Shown here piece after piece: positions 19,036-30,037 of a stretch of DNA of 64,000 nt. Both the position numbers and the translations under genes were made by a program. Numbering within the stretch: position 1 is the stretch's first letter; every line of letters begins with the position of its first letter. This DNA is from Gammaproteobacteria bacterium (lineage in GTDB: Bacteria > Pseudomonadota > Gammaproteobacteria > Eutrophobiales > Eutrophobiaceae). The stretch is from positions 3,584,001-3,648,000 of the forward strand of contig OZ220696.1 in NCBI GenBank assembly GCA_965116495.1. The letters run 5' to 3'. Below the pieces are notes generated by a model. That model had not been told where the DNA came from and searched no databases. It saw only the letters and a program-made list of their open reading frames with translations.

Positions 19036-19163
19036 CCATTCTGGCGCAGGCCCGAGTCCCGCTTCCGTCATTCTGGCGCAGGCCGGAATCCAGTGAATAA
19101 CCCTTCATTACCATGATCATGCACTGTTGTTTGACTGGATGCCGGCGTTCATCGCCATGACGG
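19036..19163. repeat. GTCATTCCGGC...GCCGGAATCC-family palindromes
   Basis: ccgtcattctggcgcaggccggaatccagt ... actggatgccggcgttcatcgccatgacgg. Confidence 0.65.
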
Positions 19164-19230
19164 GCGGGGCAGGCTCTGCATACTTTAAGCAGGGATGCGT
19201 AATCTGCGGATGAATTGTTTTATTCAACAG

Positions 19231-19247
19231 TTGGCATGATATATGCA
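19231..19247 (+). promoter_or_regulatory. sigma54 (-24/-12) promoter
   Basis: TTGGCATGATATATGCA gives GG-N10-GC upstream of the porin-glnK-amtB operon. Confidence 0.75.
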
Positions 19248-19294
19248 TTCAATCAAACCGACGTGGTCTAAACAAAATAGCCGGAGTGAATGAA

Positions 19295-19996
19295 ATGCAA
19301 AAAATCAGTGTTGTACTTATCCTTGCAATATGCGCCGTAAACGCATCGGCAGAGGACTCGCCACACTCGTTCAGCGGGAACATTGCGCTGGTGACCGATT
19401 ATCTCTACCGGGGTATCTCCCAGACCAGTGAGAAGGCAGCCGTACAGGGCGGTATGGATTATGCCCATGAGAGCGGGTTTTACGTGGGTACCTGGGCATC
19501 CAACGTGGATTTTGCCGAAGACCTGGAGATCGACGTCTACGGCGGCATTTCCGGTGAACTGGCCGGCGGCCTCAGTTGGGACGTAGGGGGTCTCTATTAT
19601 ATTTATCCCAGTTCCGATGCCCAACCCGAGGAGAACTTTGTCGAAGTCTACGCCAGCACGGGCTATACGTTTCCCGGCGCGCTGGAGCCCAGCGTGGGCG
19701 CCGGCATTGCCTACTCCCCGGACTTTTTTGGCGAAGACGGTGACGGCGTCTACCTGAACGGCAGCCTGGACCTGTCGCTGCCGCATGGTTTCGGCCTGTC
19801 GTTTTACGTCGGCTGGCAGGACGTGGCAGGCGATAAGACCACGGGGCCGGACGGCTTCAACTACACCCACTACAGCATCGGTATCAGTAAGAGCCTCGGT
19901 CCCCTGAGCCTGAGCGCATCCTGGAACGATGCGGATGATGACTGCGGCGGGGAGATCTGCGAGGCGCTGGTAGGCAGTATTTCCATGAGTTTTTAA
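19295..19996 (+). CDS. TorF-family putative porin
   Basis: Signal peptide, TDYLYRGISQT, AVQGGMDY, GFYVGTWASNV, terminal F. Confidence 0.88.
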   Translation: MQKISVVLILAICAVNASAEDSPHSFSGNIALVTDYLYRGISQTSEKAAVQGGMDYAHESGFYVGTWASNVDFAEDLEIDVYGGISGELAGGLSWDVGGLYYIYPSSDAQPEENFVEVYASTGYTFPGALEPSVGAGIAYSPDFFGEDGDGVYLNGSLDLSLPHGFGLSFYVGWQDVAGDKTTGPDGFNYTHYSIGISKSLGPLSLSASWNDADDDCGGEICEALVGSISMSF

Positions 19997-20035
19997 GTCA
20001 ACCCGGATTAATGAACATGGGGGGATACGGGGAAG

Positions 20036-20357
20036 ATGAAGTACGTTACGGCTATTATCCGGCCGTCGAAACGGAATGATGTCGAGCGGGGGCTGACCGA
20101 GATCGGCCTGCAGGGCATGACGGTCACGGAGGTCAGCGGCACAGGCCGGCAAAAAGGCCATACCACGGTCTACAAGGGTGCGGAATATGTGCTGGATTAT
20201 TTGCCGAAACTGAAGATTGACATTGCCACTGAAGACCGGTTGCTGGATGACGTGATGACGGTAATCGTCAACGCCGGTCAAACGGGAAGACTGGGGGACG
20301 GGAAGGTATTTTTGAGTGATTTGAGACGAGTTGTTCGAATACGTACAGGAGAAACTG

Positions 20358-20374
<17 letters not shown>
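20036..20374 (+). CDS. glnK: P-II nitrogen regulator (divergent copy)
   Basis: GRQKGH...GAEY, GDGKVF, RIRTGE. Confidence 0.85.
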
Positions 20375-22045
<1,671 letters not shown>

Positions 22046-22248
22046 GCCAGGCGCAGCGAACGCGTAATTTGGGACACCCATAAATTGCTGCGATTACATA
22101 ATTTGGGACACCCATAAATTGCTGTGTAACATCTACGGTGACACACACGTTCTGTGCCCGGCCTGAGTTACATTTCGTCGGGGTGCGTAGCGACCTGATC
22201 ATGAGAGTTTAGAATAGTAACTTACTGATATTTATAATGGAGATCCTT

Positions 22249-23553
22249 ATGAAGCAGTCCGCAAAACACGCTTTGCGTCTGGCATTACTCGTTGCCGGTG
22301 TCATTACCCCCGGAATCGTTCTTGCCCAGGATGTCCCTGCACTGAACGGCGCCAACACGGCCTGGATCCTGGTATCCACCGCCTTGGTGTTGTTCATGAC
22401 GCTGCCGGGCCTGGCCCTGTTCTATTCCGGCCTGGTGCGCAGCAAGAACGTCCTGTCCGTGCTCATGCAGTGTTTCTCCATTGCCTGCCTTATGTCCATC
22501 CTGTGGCTGGTGCTTGCCTACGGCCTGGCCTTCGGTGACGGCGGCGGGATGAACCAGTTTATCGGCATGGGCAAGTTCTTCCTCGCAGGAGTAGGCTGGG
22601 ACACCCTCAGCGGCGACATCCCCGAGACGGTGTTTTTCATGTTCCAGATGACCTTCGCCATCATCACGCCTGCGCTGATCGTGGGCGGCTTCGCCGAACG
22701 CATGAAGTTCTCGGCCGTGCTGTGGTTTTCGGCCCTGTGGTTGCTGCTGGTGTACGCTCCCGTGTGTCACTGGGTTTGGGGCGGCGGCTGGCTGGGCGAC
22801 ATGGGCTTCATGGATTTCGCCGGCGGTTCGGTAGTGCATATCAACGCCGGAGTGGCAGCGATTGTCGCAGCGATAGTGCTGGGTAACCGCAAGGGTTTTC
22901 CCGGCACCCCGATGCCGCCGCACAATATGACCCTGACGGTGGCCGGCGCCTCGATGTTGTGGGTGGGCTGGTTCGGCTTTAACGCCGGCAGCGCCCTGGC
23001 TGCCGACGGTAATGCCGGCATGGCCATGCTGGTCACCCATATCTCCGCGGCAGCAGGCTCCCTCGCCTGGGTAGCGTGCGAGTGGATCAAACACGGCAAG
23101 CCCAGCGTGCTGGGCATCGTCACCGGTATGGTGGCGGGGCTGGGCACGATCACCCCGGCCTCGGGTTTCGTTGGCCCTGTGGGCGGACTGCTGATCGGTA
23201 TTTCGGCCGGTGTCATCTGTTATTTTGCCACCCAGTACATCAAGCGCGTCCTCAAGATCGATGATTCCCTGGACGTCTTTCCCGTGCACGGGGTGGGCGG
23301 CGCGCTAGGATGCCTGTTGACGGCGGTATTTTTTGCCGGCAGCCTGGGCGGTCCGGGTGAGGCCGGCTACGCCATGGGTTCGCAATTCGGGATCCAGGCC
23401 GTGGGCGTAATCGCAACCGTCCTGTGGTGCGGCGTGGTCAGTTACATCCTGTTGAAGGTACTGGACAGCGTCATCGGCCTGCGCGTGACCCCGGATGAAG
23501 AAACCGAAGGCCTGGACCTGGTAGCACACGACGAGCGCGGTTATTCCTTCTGA
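22249..23553 (+). CDS. amtB: Ammonium transporter, second copy
   Basis: DFAGGSVVH, WFGFNAGS, DDSLDVFPVH; GGAG RBS. Confidence 0.95.
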   Translation: MKQSAKHALRLALLVAGVITPGIVLAQDVPALNGANTAWILVSTALVLFMTLPGLALFYSGLVRSKNVLSVLMQCFSIACLMSILWLVLAYGLAFGDGGGMNQFIGMGKFFLAGVGWDTLSGDIPETVFFMFQMTFAIITPALIVGGFAERMKFSAVLWFSALWLLLVYAPVCHWVWGGGWLGDMGFMDFAGGSVVHINAGVAAIVAAIVLGNRKGFPGTPMPPHNMTLTVAGASMLWVGWFGFNAGSALAADGNAGMAMLVTHISAAAGSLAWVACEWIKHGKPSVLGIVTGMVAGLGTITPASGFVGPVGGLLIGISAGVICYFATQYIKRVLKIDDSLDVFPVHGVGGALGCLLTAVFFAGSLGGPGEAGYAMGSQFGIQAVGVIATVLWCGVVSYILLKVLDSVIGLRVTPDEETEGLDLVAHDERGYSF

Positions 23554-23560
23554 ACCCCTC

Positions 23561-23808
23561 TAATTTGGGACACCCATGAATTTATGATTTTCATAAATTC
23601 ATGGGTGTCCCAAATTAGTTTCGATTGATAATAGGTGTCCTGAATTTAACTGTTCCGGTCGACCCGTCATTCCGGCGCATGCCGGAATCCAGAGCCTCGC
23701 TCTCGACGTACGTAAATTTGTGGGTGTCCCAAATTTGCTTCATTCCGGCTCCCGTCATTCCGGAGCCCCGCACGCGACGACTGTAAATTTGTGGGTGTCC
23801 CAAATTTG
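23561..23808. repeat. Cluster of GGGACACCC and GTCATTCCGGC repeats
   Basis: Several copies of both families. Confidence 0.8.
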
Positions 23809-23830
23809 TTGATTGCTGTACGATTGCCGG

Positions 23831-24646
23831 ATGGATAACTACGCCGTCATCGGCAACCCGATAGCGCACAGCCTGTCGCCCCGCATCCACGCGTTGTTCG
23901 CCGCGCAGACCGGCCAGGCGTTGACTTATCGCGCCATTCTTTCCCCTCTCGGCGAATTCAGCGCCAGCGTCGATGCGTTCAGGCAGGCGGGCGGGCGCGG
24001 GCTGAACGTCACCTTGCCGTTCAAGGAGCAGGCCTGGGAATACGTTAATGACAGCAGCGCCCGGGCGGACCGGGTGCGAGCCGTCAACCTGATACGTTTT
24101 GACGGCCCCGGGCGGGTCTACGGTGATTCCGCCGACGGGACAGGCCTGGTACGCGATCTGCGCGGCAACGGGGTGCAAATCAGGCGACAAAGCGTGCTGC
24201 TGGTGGGCGCGGGCGGAGCAGTCAGGAGTGTGCTGGGGAGTCTGCTGGACGAACAGCCGGCATCCGTGACCATCATCAACCGCACCCTGTCCCGGGCGCA
24301 TCAACTGCTGGAACTATTCCCCGAAGCCGCCGGGGTAGTCACTGCCCGGGGCTTTGACGAGCCGGCCGGCGGCCCCTACGACCTGGTGATCAACGGTACC
24401 TCAGCGGGCCTGGCCGGACAGCCCTTGCCGCTGGCGCACGGAATACTGGCGCCCGGCGCCTGTTGCTACGACATGGCCTACGGCGAGGCGGCGCAGGTAT
24501 TCCTGGACTGGGCCGCAACCAACGGCGCCGCGCTGTGCTGCGACGGCTTGGGCATGCTGGTTGAACAGGCCGCCGAATCCTTCTACCTCTGGCGCGGCAT
24601 CTGCCCGGACACGAAACCGGTCATCGATGAACTCAGGTCAGAATGA
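23831..24646 (+). CDS. aroE: Shikimate dehydrogenase
   Basis: GNPIAHSLSPRIH, GLNVTLPFK, GAGGA, DGLGMLVEQAAESF. Confidence 0.95.
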   Translation: MDNYAVIGNPIAHSLSPRIHALFAAQTGQALTYRAILSPLGEFSASVDAFRQAGGRGLNVTLPFKEQAWEYVNDSSARADRVRAVNLIRFDGPGRVYGDSADGTGLVRDLRGNGVQIRRQSVLLVGAGGAVRSVLGSLLDEQPASVTIINRTLSRAHQLLELFPEAAGVVTARGFDEPAGGPYDLVINGTSAGLAGQPLPLAHGILAPGACCYDMAYGEAAQVFLDWAATNGAALCCDGLGMLVEQAAESFYLWRGICPDTKPVIDELRSE

Positions 24647-24654
24647 CTGTTATT

Positions 24655-24758
24655 ATCCGCAGATGACGCAGATTAGCGCAGATGAGGATTTCTGATTATT
24701 GGATTAAGATACTTAAATTTTTTGATTTTATCTGCGTTCATCTGCGTAATCTGCGGAT
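24655..24758. repeat. CGCAGAT-type palindromic repeat
   Basis: atccgcagatgacgcagattagcgcagat ... atctgcgttcatctgcgtaatctgcggat, between convergent genes. Confidence 0.7.
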
Positions 24759-26072
24759 TTACAATCCCTGCATCCTGTCCATCAGGTCCGGCAGCCAGGT
24801 GACCAGGATGGGGAACAGGCACAGCAGCAGGATCGTGGTGACCTGTAGGGATATGAACGGGATGATCCCCTGGTAAATGTGCTGGATGCGGATCTCTTTC
24901 GGGGCCACCGCCTTCAAGTAAAACAGGGAAAAACCGAACGGTGGGGTCAGGAATGACGTTTGCAGGTTGATGGCTATCAGCACAGCCAGCCACAACAGGT
25001 CGACCCCCATGCTCGCGGCGATGGGCGCCAGGATGGGGACGACGATAAAGCAAATCTGCAGGAAATCCAGGAAGAAACCGAGCAGGAAGATCAAGATCAT
25101 GCTGGCGATGAGGAAACCCAGTGTGCCGCCGGGCAGGTTGGTCATCACGTCCAGCACCAGGTCGTCGCCGCCCATACCCCGGAACACCAGCCCGAAAGCC
25201 GTGGCGCCGATCAGGATCAGAAAGACCATGCTGGTGAGGCGGGTGGTCAGTTGCATGGCCTCGCGTAGCCTGTCCAGGGTGAGCTGCCGGTGCAATGCCG
25301 CCAGTAACAGTGCGCCCACCGCGCCCACCGCGGCCGATTCCGTTGGCGATGCAATTCCGAAGAAGATCGATCCCAGCACGCCGACGACCAGGACCAGCGG
25401 TGGCAGCAGGGTCAGGAACACCTTGCGCACCAGGTTTTCATCGGTTTCGGACGTGATCGCGGGCGCGACCTCCGGCTTCAGCCAGGCATACACGCTGATG
25501 TAGACCAGGAACAGGACAACCAGGAGTACGCCGGGGACAACGGCGCCGATGAACAACCGGCCGACGGGTACGCCCATTACGTCGCCCAGCAATATCAGGA
25601 CGATACTCGGCGGGATGATCTGCCCCAGGGTGCCTGCCGCGGCAATCGTGCCGGTCGAAAGCTGCCTGGAATAATTACGCCGCAGCATGGTGGGCAGCGC
25701 AATGATCCCCATAGTCACGACCGTCGCCCCCACGACCCCGGTGGTCGCGGCCAGCAAGGCGCCGACGATGACAACGGAAACCGCCAGTCCGCCGCGCAGC
25801 CGGCCGAACAACAGGCCCATCGTTTCCAGCAGGTCCTCCGCCAATCCGGATTTATCCAGGACGATCCCCATGAAAATGAACAGGGGGACAGCCAGCAGTG
25901 TAAAATTGGTCATGACGCCCCAGATTCTCAGGGGCAGCAGGTGGAAGAAATCCAACCCCAGGAAGACCCCGCCGAACAGCAGCGCAATCGCCCCTAGGGT
26001 AAACGCGACCGGGTAGCCCAGCATCAGCATGAGCATCAGGCTCAGGAACATCAGGGCGATCCAGACGGTCAT
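24759..26072 (-). CDS. dctM: TRAP transporter large permease
   Basis: AVPLFIFMG, AAAGTLGQIIPPS, SFLTPPFGFSLFYL. Confidence 0.92.
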   Translation of the reverse strand: MTVWIALMFLSLMLMLMLGYPVAFTLGAIALLFGGVFLGLDFFHLLPLRIWGVMTNFTLLAVPLFIFMGIVLDKSGLAEDLLETMGLLFGRLRGGLAVSVVIVGALLAATTGVVGATVVTMGIIALPTMLRRNYSRQLSTGTIAAAGTLGQIIPPSIVLILLGDVMGVPVGRLFIGAVVPGVLLVVLFLVYISVYAWLKPEVAPAITSETDENLVRKVFLTLLPPLVLVVGVLGSIFFGIASPTESAAVGAVGALLLAALHRQLTLDRLREAMQLTTRLTSMVFLILIGATAFGLVFRGMGGDDLVLDVMTNLPGGTLGFLIASMILIFLLGFFLDFLQICFIVVPILAPIAASMGVDLLWLAVLIAINLQTSFLTPPFGFSLFYLKAVAPKEIRIQHIYQGIIPFISLQVTTILLLCLFPILVTWLPDLMDRMQGL

Positions 26073-26112
26073 CGTTGCTTACGGAGACTGGAACAGGGTA
26101 GACGGGGGCGCA

Positions 26113-26649
26113 TCACCCGGCGAGTTTCCAGCCCAGGATAACTGACAGGCTTTTCAGGCCCTCGCTGATACCCTGGATGATCAGCAGGAAAAAGCCCAGC
26201 GGTATCGACGCCTTCAGCACCCAGCGGAACGGCAATCCGCCGGGGTCGGGCGAGCCCTCGGAAAACTGGTAGGCCTGGGTTACGAACGGCCAGGAACTGA
26301 TGATGATGAGGACGCAGAACGGGATCAGGAACAGCAGCGAACAGACCAGGTTGATCCAGGCGCGGCGGTAATCCGACATGAAACGGCTGCGGTAAACCAG
26401 GTCCAGCCGCACGTGATCATCGTGTTTAAGGGTATAGGCGGCCCCCAGCAGGAATATGATGGAAAACAGATGCCACTCCAGCTCCTGGATCGCAATGGAA
26501 CCGCTCTGGAAGAGGTACCTCATTATGACGTCATAGGCAACCACCAGCACCAGCACCAGCACCAGCCACGCCAACCCCCTCCCGCTCAACTCACTGAACC
26601 GCTCAATCCTACCCAACAATTTCTCAATCACCCGCAGCATAACCCCCAT
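26113..26649 (-). CDS. dctQ: TRAP transporter small permease
   Basis: QELEWHLF, HVRLDL, EGSPDPGGLP. Confidence 0.9.
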   Translation of the reverse strand: MGVMLRVIEKLLGRIERFSELSGRGLAWLVLVLVLVVAYDVIMRYLFQSGSIAIQELEWHLFSIIFLLGAAYTLKHDDHVRLDLVYRSRFMSDYRRAWINLVCSLLFLIPFCVLIIISSWPFVTQAYQFSEGSPDPGGLPFRWVLKASIPLGFFLLIIQGISEGLKSLSVILGWKLAG

Positions 26650-26700
26650 TCTAACCCTTTCTTAATTCAGGACACCCATAAATTAACAAATGTTCTAAAT

Positions 26701-27486
26701 TCATGGATGTCCCAAATTGTTGGACAGGGTTATGTAGTCTGTTACGGTCAGGTCGGCGGGTCTTGCGGTGGGGGGGATGTCCAGTTGTTGCAGTTGGGTT
26801 GCATTGAACCAGGGTTTCAGGCCGTTGCTGATCTTTTTGCGGCGGGAGGAGAAGGCGGCGCGGACCAGGTCGGTAAACAGGTCGAAGTTTGTGATACGGT
26901 CTGTGGCGTCGGGCATGACGCTCAGCCTCACCATGGCGGAATCGACCTTCGGTCTGGGCCGGAAGGCGTCGGGGGGTACTTCAAACAATCTTTCCGCACG
27001 GCATCGGGCCTGCACCATGACGCTGAGGCGGCCGTACTCGGGGGTGCCGGCACGGGCGCAAAGCCGGTCTACGACTTCTTTCTGCAACATGAACAGCATC
27101 AGGCTGATCCGGTCGAATTGCAGCAGGTGGAACAGCAGGGGAGTGGAAATGTTATAGGGCAGGTTCCCCACCACTTTCAGGCGCTGCGCCGGGAATCGTG
27201 TAAAGTCCAAGCGCAGCGCGTCCTCCAGGACCAGGTTCAAAAAACCTGCGTTCCTGCACCGCTCGACCAGGTCCGTAGCCAGGTCGCGGTCGACCTCAAC
27301 CACGTCGAGCCGGCCGGTGCAGGCCAGCAGGGGGAGGGTCAGCGCCCCTTTCCCGGGGCCAATCTCCACGATCCGTTCACCGGGATGCGGGTCGATGGCC
27401 CGGATTATCCTCTCAACGACGGCCCCATCAACAAGAAAATGCTGGCCGAAGCGCCTGCGGGCAGGATGCGGCCGGGGACTAGCCAT
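26701..27486 (-). CDS. rsmA: 16S rRNA dimethyltransferase
   Basis: RFGQHFL, EIGPGKG, VGNLPYNIS; last residues and stop come from a GGGACACCC repeat. Confidence 0.95.
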   Translation of the reverse strand: MASPRPHPARRRFGQHFLVDGAVVERIIRAIDPHPGERIVEIGPGKGALTLPLLACTGRLDVVEVDRDLATDLVERCRNAGFLNLVLEDALRLDFTRFPAQRLKVVGNLPYNISTPLLFHLLQFDRISLMLFMLQKEVVDRLCARAGTPEYGRLSVMVQARCRAERLFEVPPDAFRPRPKVDSAMVRLSVMPDATDRITNFDLFTDLVRAAFSSRRKKISNGLKPWFNATQLQQLDIPPTARPADLTVTDYITLSNNLGHP

Positions 27487-27660
27487 CTGATAGCGCGCTA
27501 CTACCATTCCTGCGGAAGCAGGAAGCCAGTGAAACGAAGAATCGCCAGAGGCGATACAACATCAGACTGGATACCGGGTCGAGCCCGGCATGACGCCGCC
27601 TGTTGGATACCAGGCCGAGCCCGGCATGACGTTGCCTGCGTTGCTGGCGCCGCTTGATTC

Positions 27661-28653
27661 TCACCTGCGCCATGTGCGCTGCACCATGTCTACGGCATAG
27701 TTGATGGCCGCAACCAGGCTGGTTTCCTCAGCATTGCCGGTGCCGGCCAGGTCGAAGGCCGTGCCGTGGTCCACCGATGTCCTGATGATGGGCAGTCCCA
27801 GTGTGACGTTCACGGTGTTACCGAAGCCGTGGGACTTCAGTACGGGCAGGCCCTGGTCGTGGTACATGGCGATCACCACATCCACATTTTCCAGGGAAGC
27901 GGCGGTAAAAGCGGTATCCGCCGGGACCGGTCCGACCAGGTCCAGGCCCGCGGCCCGCAACTCATCCAGGACCGGGTTGACGACCTCGATCTCTTCGCTG
28001 CCCAGGTAGCCCTGCTCACCGGCGTGGGGGTTGATGCCGCACACCAGCAGGCGGGGTCTGCCGATGTTGAATTTTGCCCGCATGTCCGCGCCAACGACCT
28101 CGATGATCTCGCGCAGACGCCGGCGGGTGATGCGCCCCGCCACCTGGTTTAGGGGCAGGTGGGTGGTGACCAGGGCCACCCGCGCAAAATCGTTTGCCAG
28201 CATCATCACCGGCACCGGGTCGCCGCACAGTCCGGCGATGAACTCGGTATGTCCGCTGAACGCATGCCCGGCGTCGGCAATGACGGATTTACTGACGGGC
28301 CCGGTCACCATGGCGTCGAATTCTCCTGCCAGACAGGCCCGGACCGCCTGCTCGATGGATGCCAGGACACGGCCCGCATTGACCGGATCCGGCCTGCCGG
28401 GCTCAACCTGCTGCGCCAGCGCCTGGCAGATATAATAAAAGTGCCCCGGCATGTGCGGCGCCGGCGCCGTACCCGGAATGAATTCGGTCAGTTCGATGGC
28501 GGTGCCCAGCCGCCGCGCCCGGTCTTCCAGCAGGTCCGGGTCGCCGGTAACGACGATCTGTGCCGGCAACTCATGACAGGCGCTTTTCAGGACGATATCC
28601 GGACCGATACCGGCAGGTTCGCCCAGGGTCAGTATGAGTCGGGGGCACGCCAT
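27661..28653 (-). CDS. pdxA: 4-hydroxythreonine-4-phosphate dehydrogenase
   Basis: GEPAGIGPD, GHTE, NPHAGE, MYHDQGL, RTSVDHGTA. Confidence 0.96.
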   Translation of the reverse strand: MACPRLILTLGEPAGIGPDIVLKSACHELPAQIVVTGDPDLLEDRARRLGTAIELTEFIPGTAPAPHMPGHFYYICQALAQQVEPGRPDPVNAGRVLASIEQAVRACLAGEFDAMVTGPVSKSVIADAGHAFSGHTEFIAGLCGDPVPVMMLANDFARVALVTTHLPLNQVAGRITRRRLREIIEVVGADMRAKFNIGRPRLLVCGINPHAGEQGYLGSEEIEVVNPVLDELRAAGLDLVGPVPADTAFTAASLENVDVVIAMYHDQGLPVLKSHGFGNTVNVTLGLPIIRTSVDHGTAFDLAGTGNAEETSLVAAINYAVDMVQRTWRR

Positions 28654-28753
28654 TGTTATTCGGGGAATGAGGGACAGTCTGGATTCCCGCTTGTGCGGGG
28701 ATGACGTGCATGGCCTGGATTCCTGCTTGCGCAGGAATGGTGCGGCAGACGCA

Positions 28754-30037
28754 TTACGAATCCAGCCGGTATTCTACATACGCCTCGTCGCGCATCTGGC
28801 GCAGCCAGTCGGTGCGCGCTTCTTCCAGTTTGCGCCTGCGGATCGCTTCCCTGGCCTGCGACCGCTTGATATCTTCGGTGCTGTCATGCTCTCTCCTGCC
28901 CAGCACCTGAAGGATATGAAACCCGAACTGGGACGGGAACGGCTCGCTGGTCTCGCCGGGTTCGAGTGAATTCATCATATTTTCGAATTCCGGCACCAGG
29001 TCGCCGGGGTTGACCCAGCCCAGGTCGCCGCCTTCAGCGGCGCTCATGGAATCCACGGAATGGGCCCTGGCCAGTTCGGCAAAATTATCGCCGCCCACGA
29101 TGCGAATGCGCAACTGCTCCAGCCGGCGCAGGGCGTCCTCGGGCGTAGTCAGCTCATCGGGCCGGATCAGTATATGGCGCACGTTGGTCTGGGTGACGAC
29201 CACCTGTTCGCCGCTGCGCCTGTCGACCAGCTTGATGATATGGTAGCCGCTGGGACTCTTGATAATCTCGCTGAGCCCGCCGATGTCCATTTCGGAGATA
29301 AAATTGGCAAACAGCGTCGGCACCTGCCCGGCCTTGCGCCAACCCAGGTCGCCGCCATCCAGCGCCTGCTGGCCGTCGGAATAGGTGGCGGCCATGTTGC
29401 TGAAATCGGCGCCGGCCTGGAGCTCGCTCAACACCTGTTCGGCGGTCTCCCTGGCTCGCGTCACCTGGCGCGTCGAAGCCCCTTCAGGTATCGCAACCAG
29501 TATATGGGCGATATGGAATTCAAGGTCCGTCTCACCCTGGTGCTCCTGGTTTGACAGGAAGTTATCGATCTCCCGGTCGGTCACGATGACGCGGTTGTCA
29601 ACCTGGCGCTGCTGCAGCCGTGAAATGAGGATTTCATCGCGTATGTCCTTGCGGAATTTCTCGTAGCCGTAACCGTCACCTTCCAGTATTTCCCTGAACT
29701 CGTTCAGGCTCAGTTCATTTCCCGCGGCGATATTGCTGATGGTGCGGTTCAGGGTTTCATCGTCGACCCGTATCCCGGTGTTCTGCGCCATCTGGATCTG
29801 CAGCTTGGTCATGATCAGCCTGTCCAGCACCTGTCTTTCCAGGATGTTGTCCGGCGGCAGCGGAATGTTCTGTTCCTGCATCTGGGCGGTCACCGACCCG
29901 ATCTTCTCGGCCAGTTCGCTGCGCATGATCACGTCATCATTGATGATCGCGACAATCCGGTCCAGGTCCTGCGCGGCCTGGCCGGGTCCGGACAGCAGGG
30001 CGCCGGCGAGCACTACCAGGGCCAAGCATTGTTTCAT
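28754..30037 (-). CDS. surA: Chaperone/PPIase SurA
   Basis: DRIVAIIN, two rotamase domains (GGDLGW); lptD-surA-pdxA context. Confidence 0.95.
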   Translation of the reverse strand: MKQCLALVVLAGALLSGPGQAAQDLDRIVAIINDDVIMRSELAEKIGSVTAQMQEQNIPLPPDNILERQVLDRLIMTKLQIQMAQNTGIRVDDETLNRTISNIAAGNELSLNEFREILEGDGYGYEKFRKDIRDEILISRLQQRQVDNRVIVTDREIDNFLSNQEHQGETDLEFHIAHILVAIPEGASTRQVTRARETAEQVLSELQAGADFSNMAATYSDGQQALDGGDLGWRKAGQVPTLFANFISEMDIGGLSEIIKSPSGYHIIKLVDRRSGEQVVVTQTNVRHILIRPDELTTPEDALRRLEQLRIRIVGGDNFAELARAHSVDSMSAAEGGDLGWVNPGDLVPEFENMMNSLEPGETSEPFPSQFGFHILQVLGRREHDSTEDIKRSQAREAIRRRKLEEARTDWLRQMRDEAYVEYRLDS

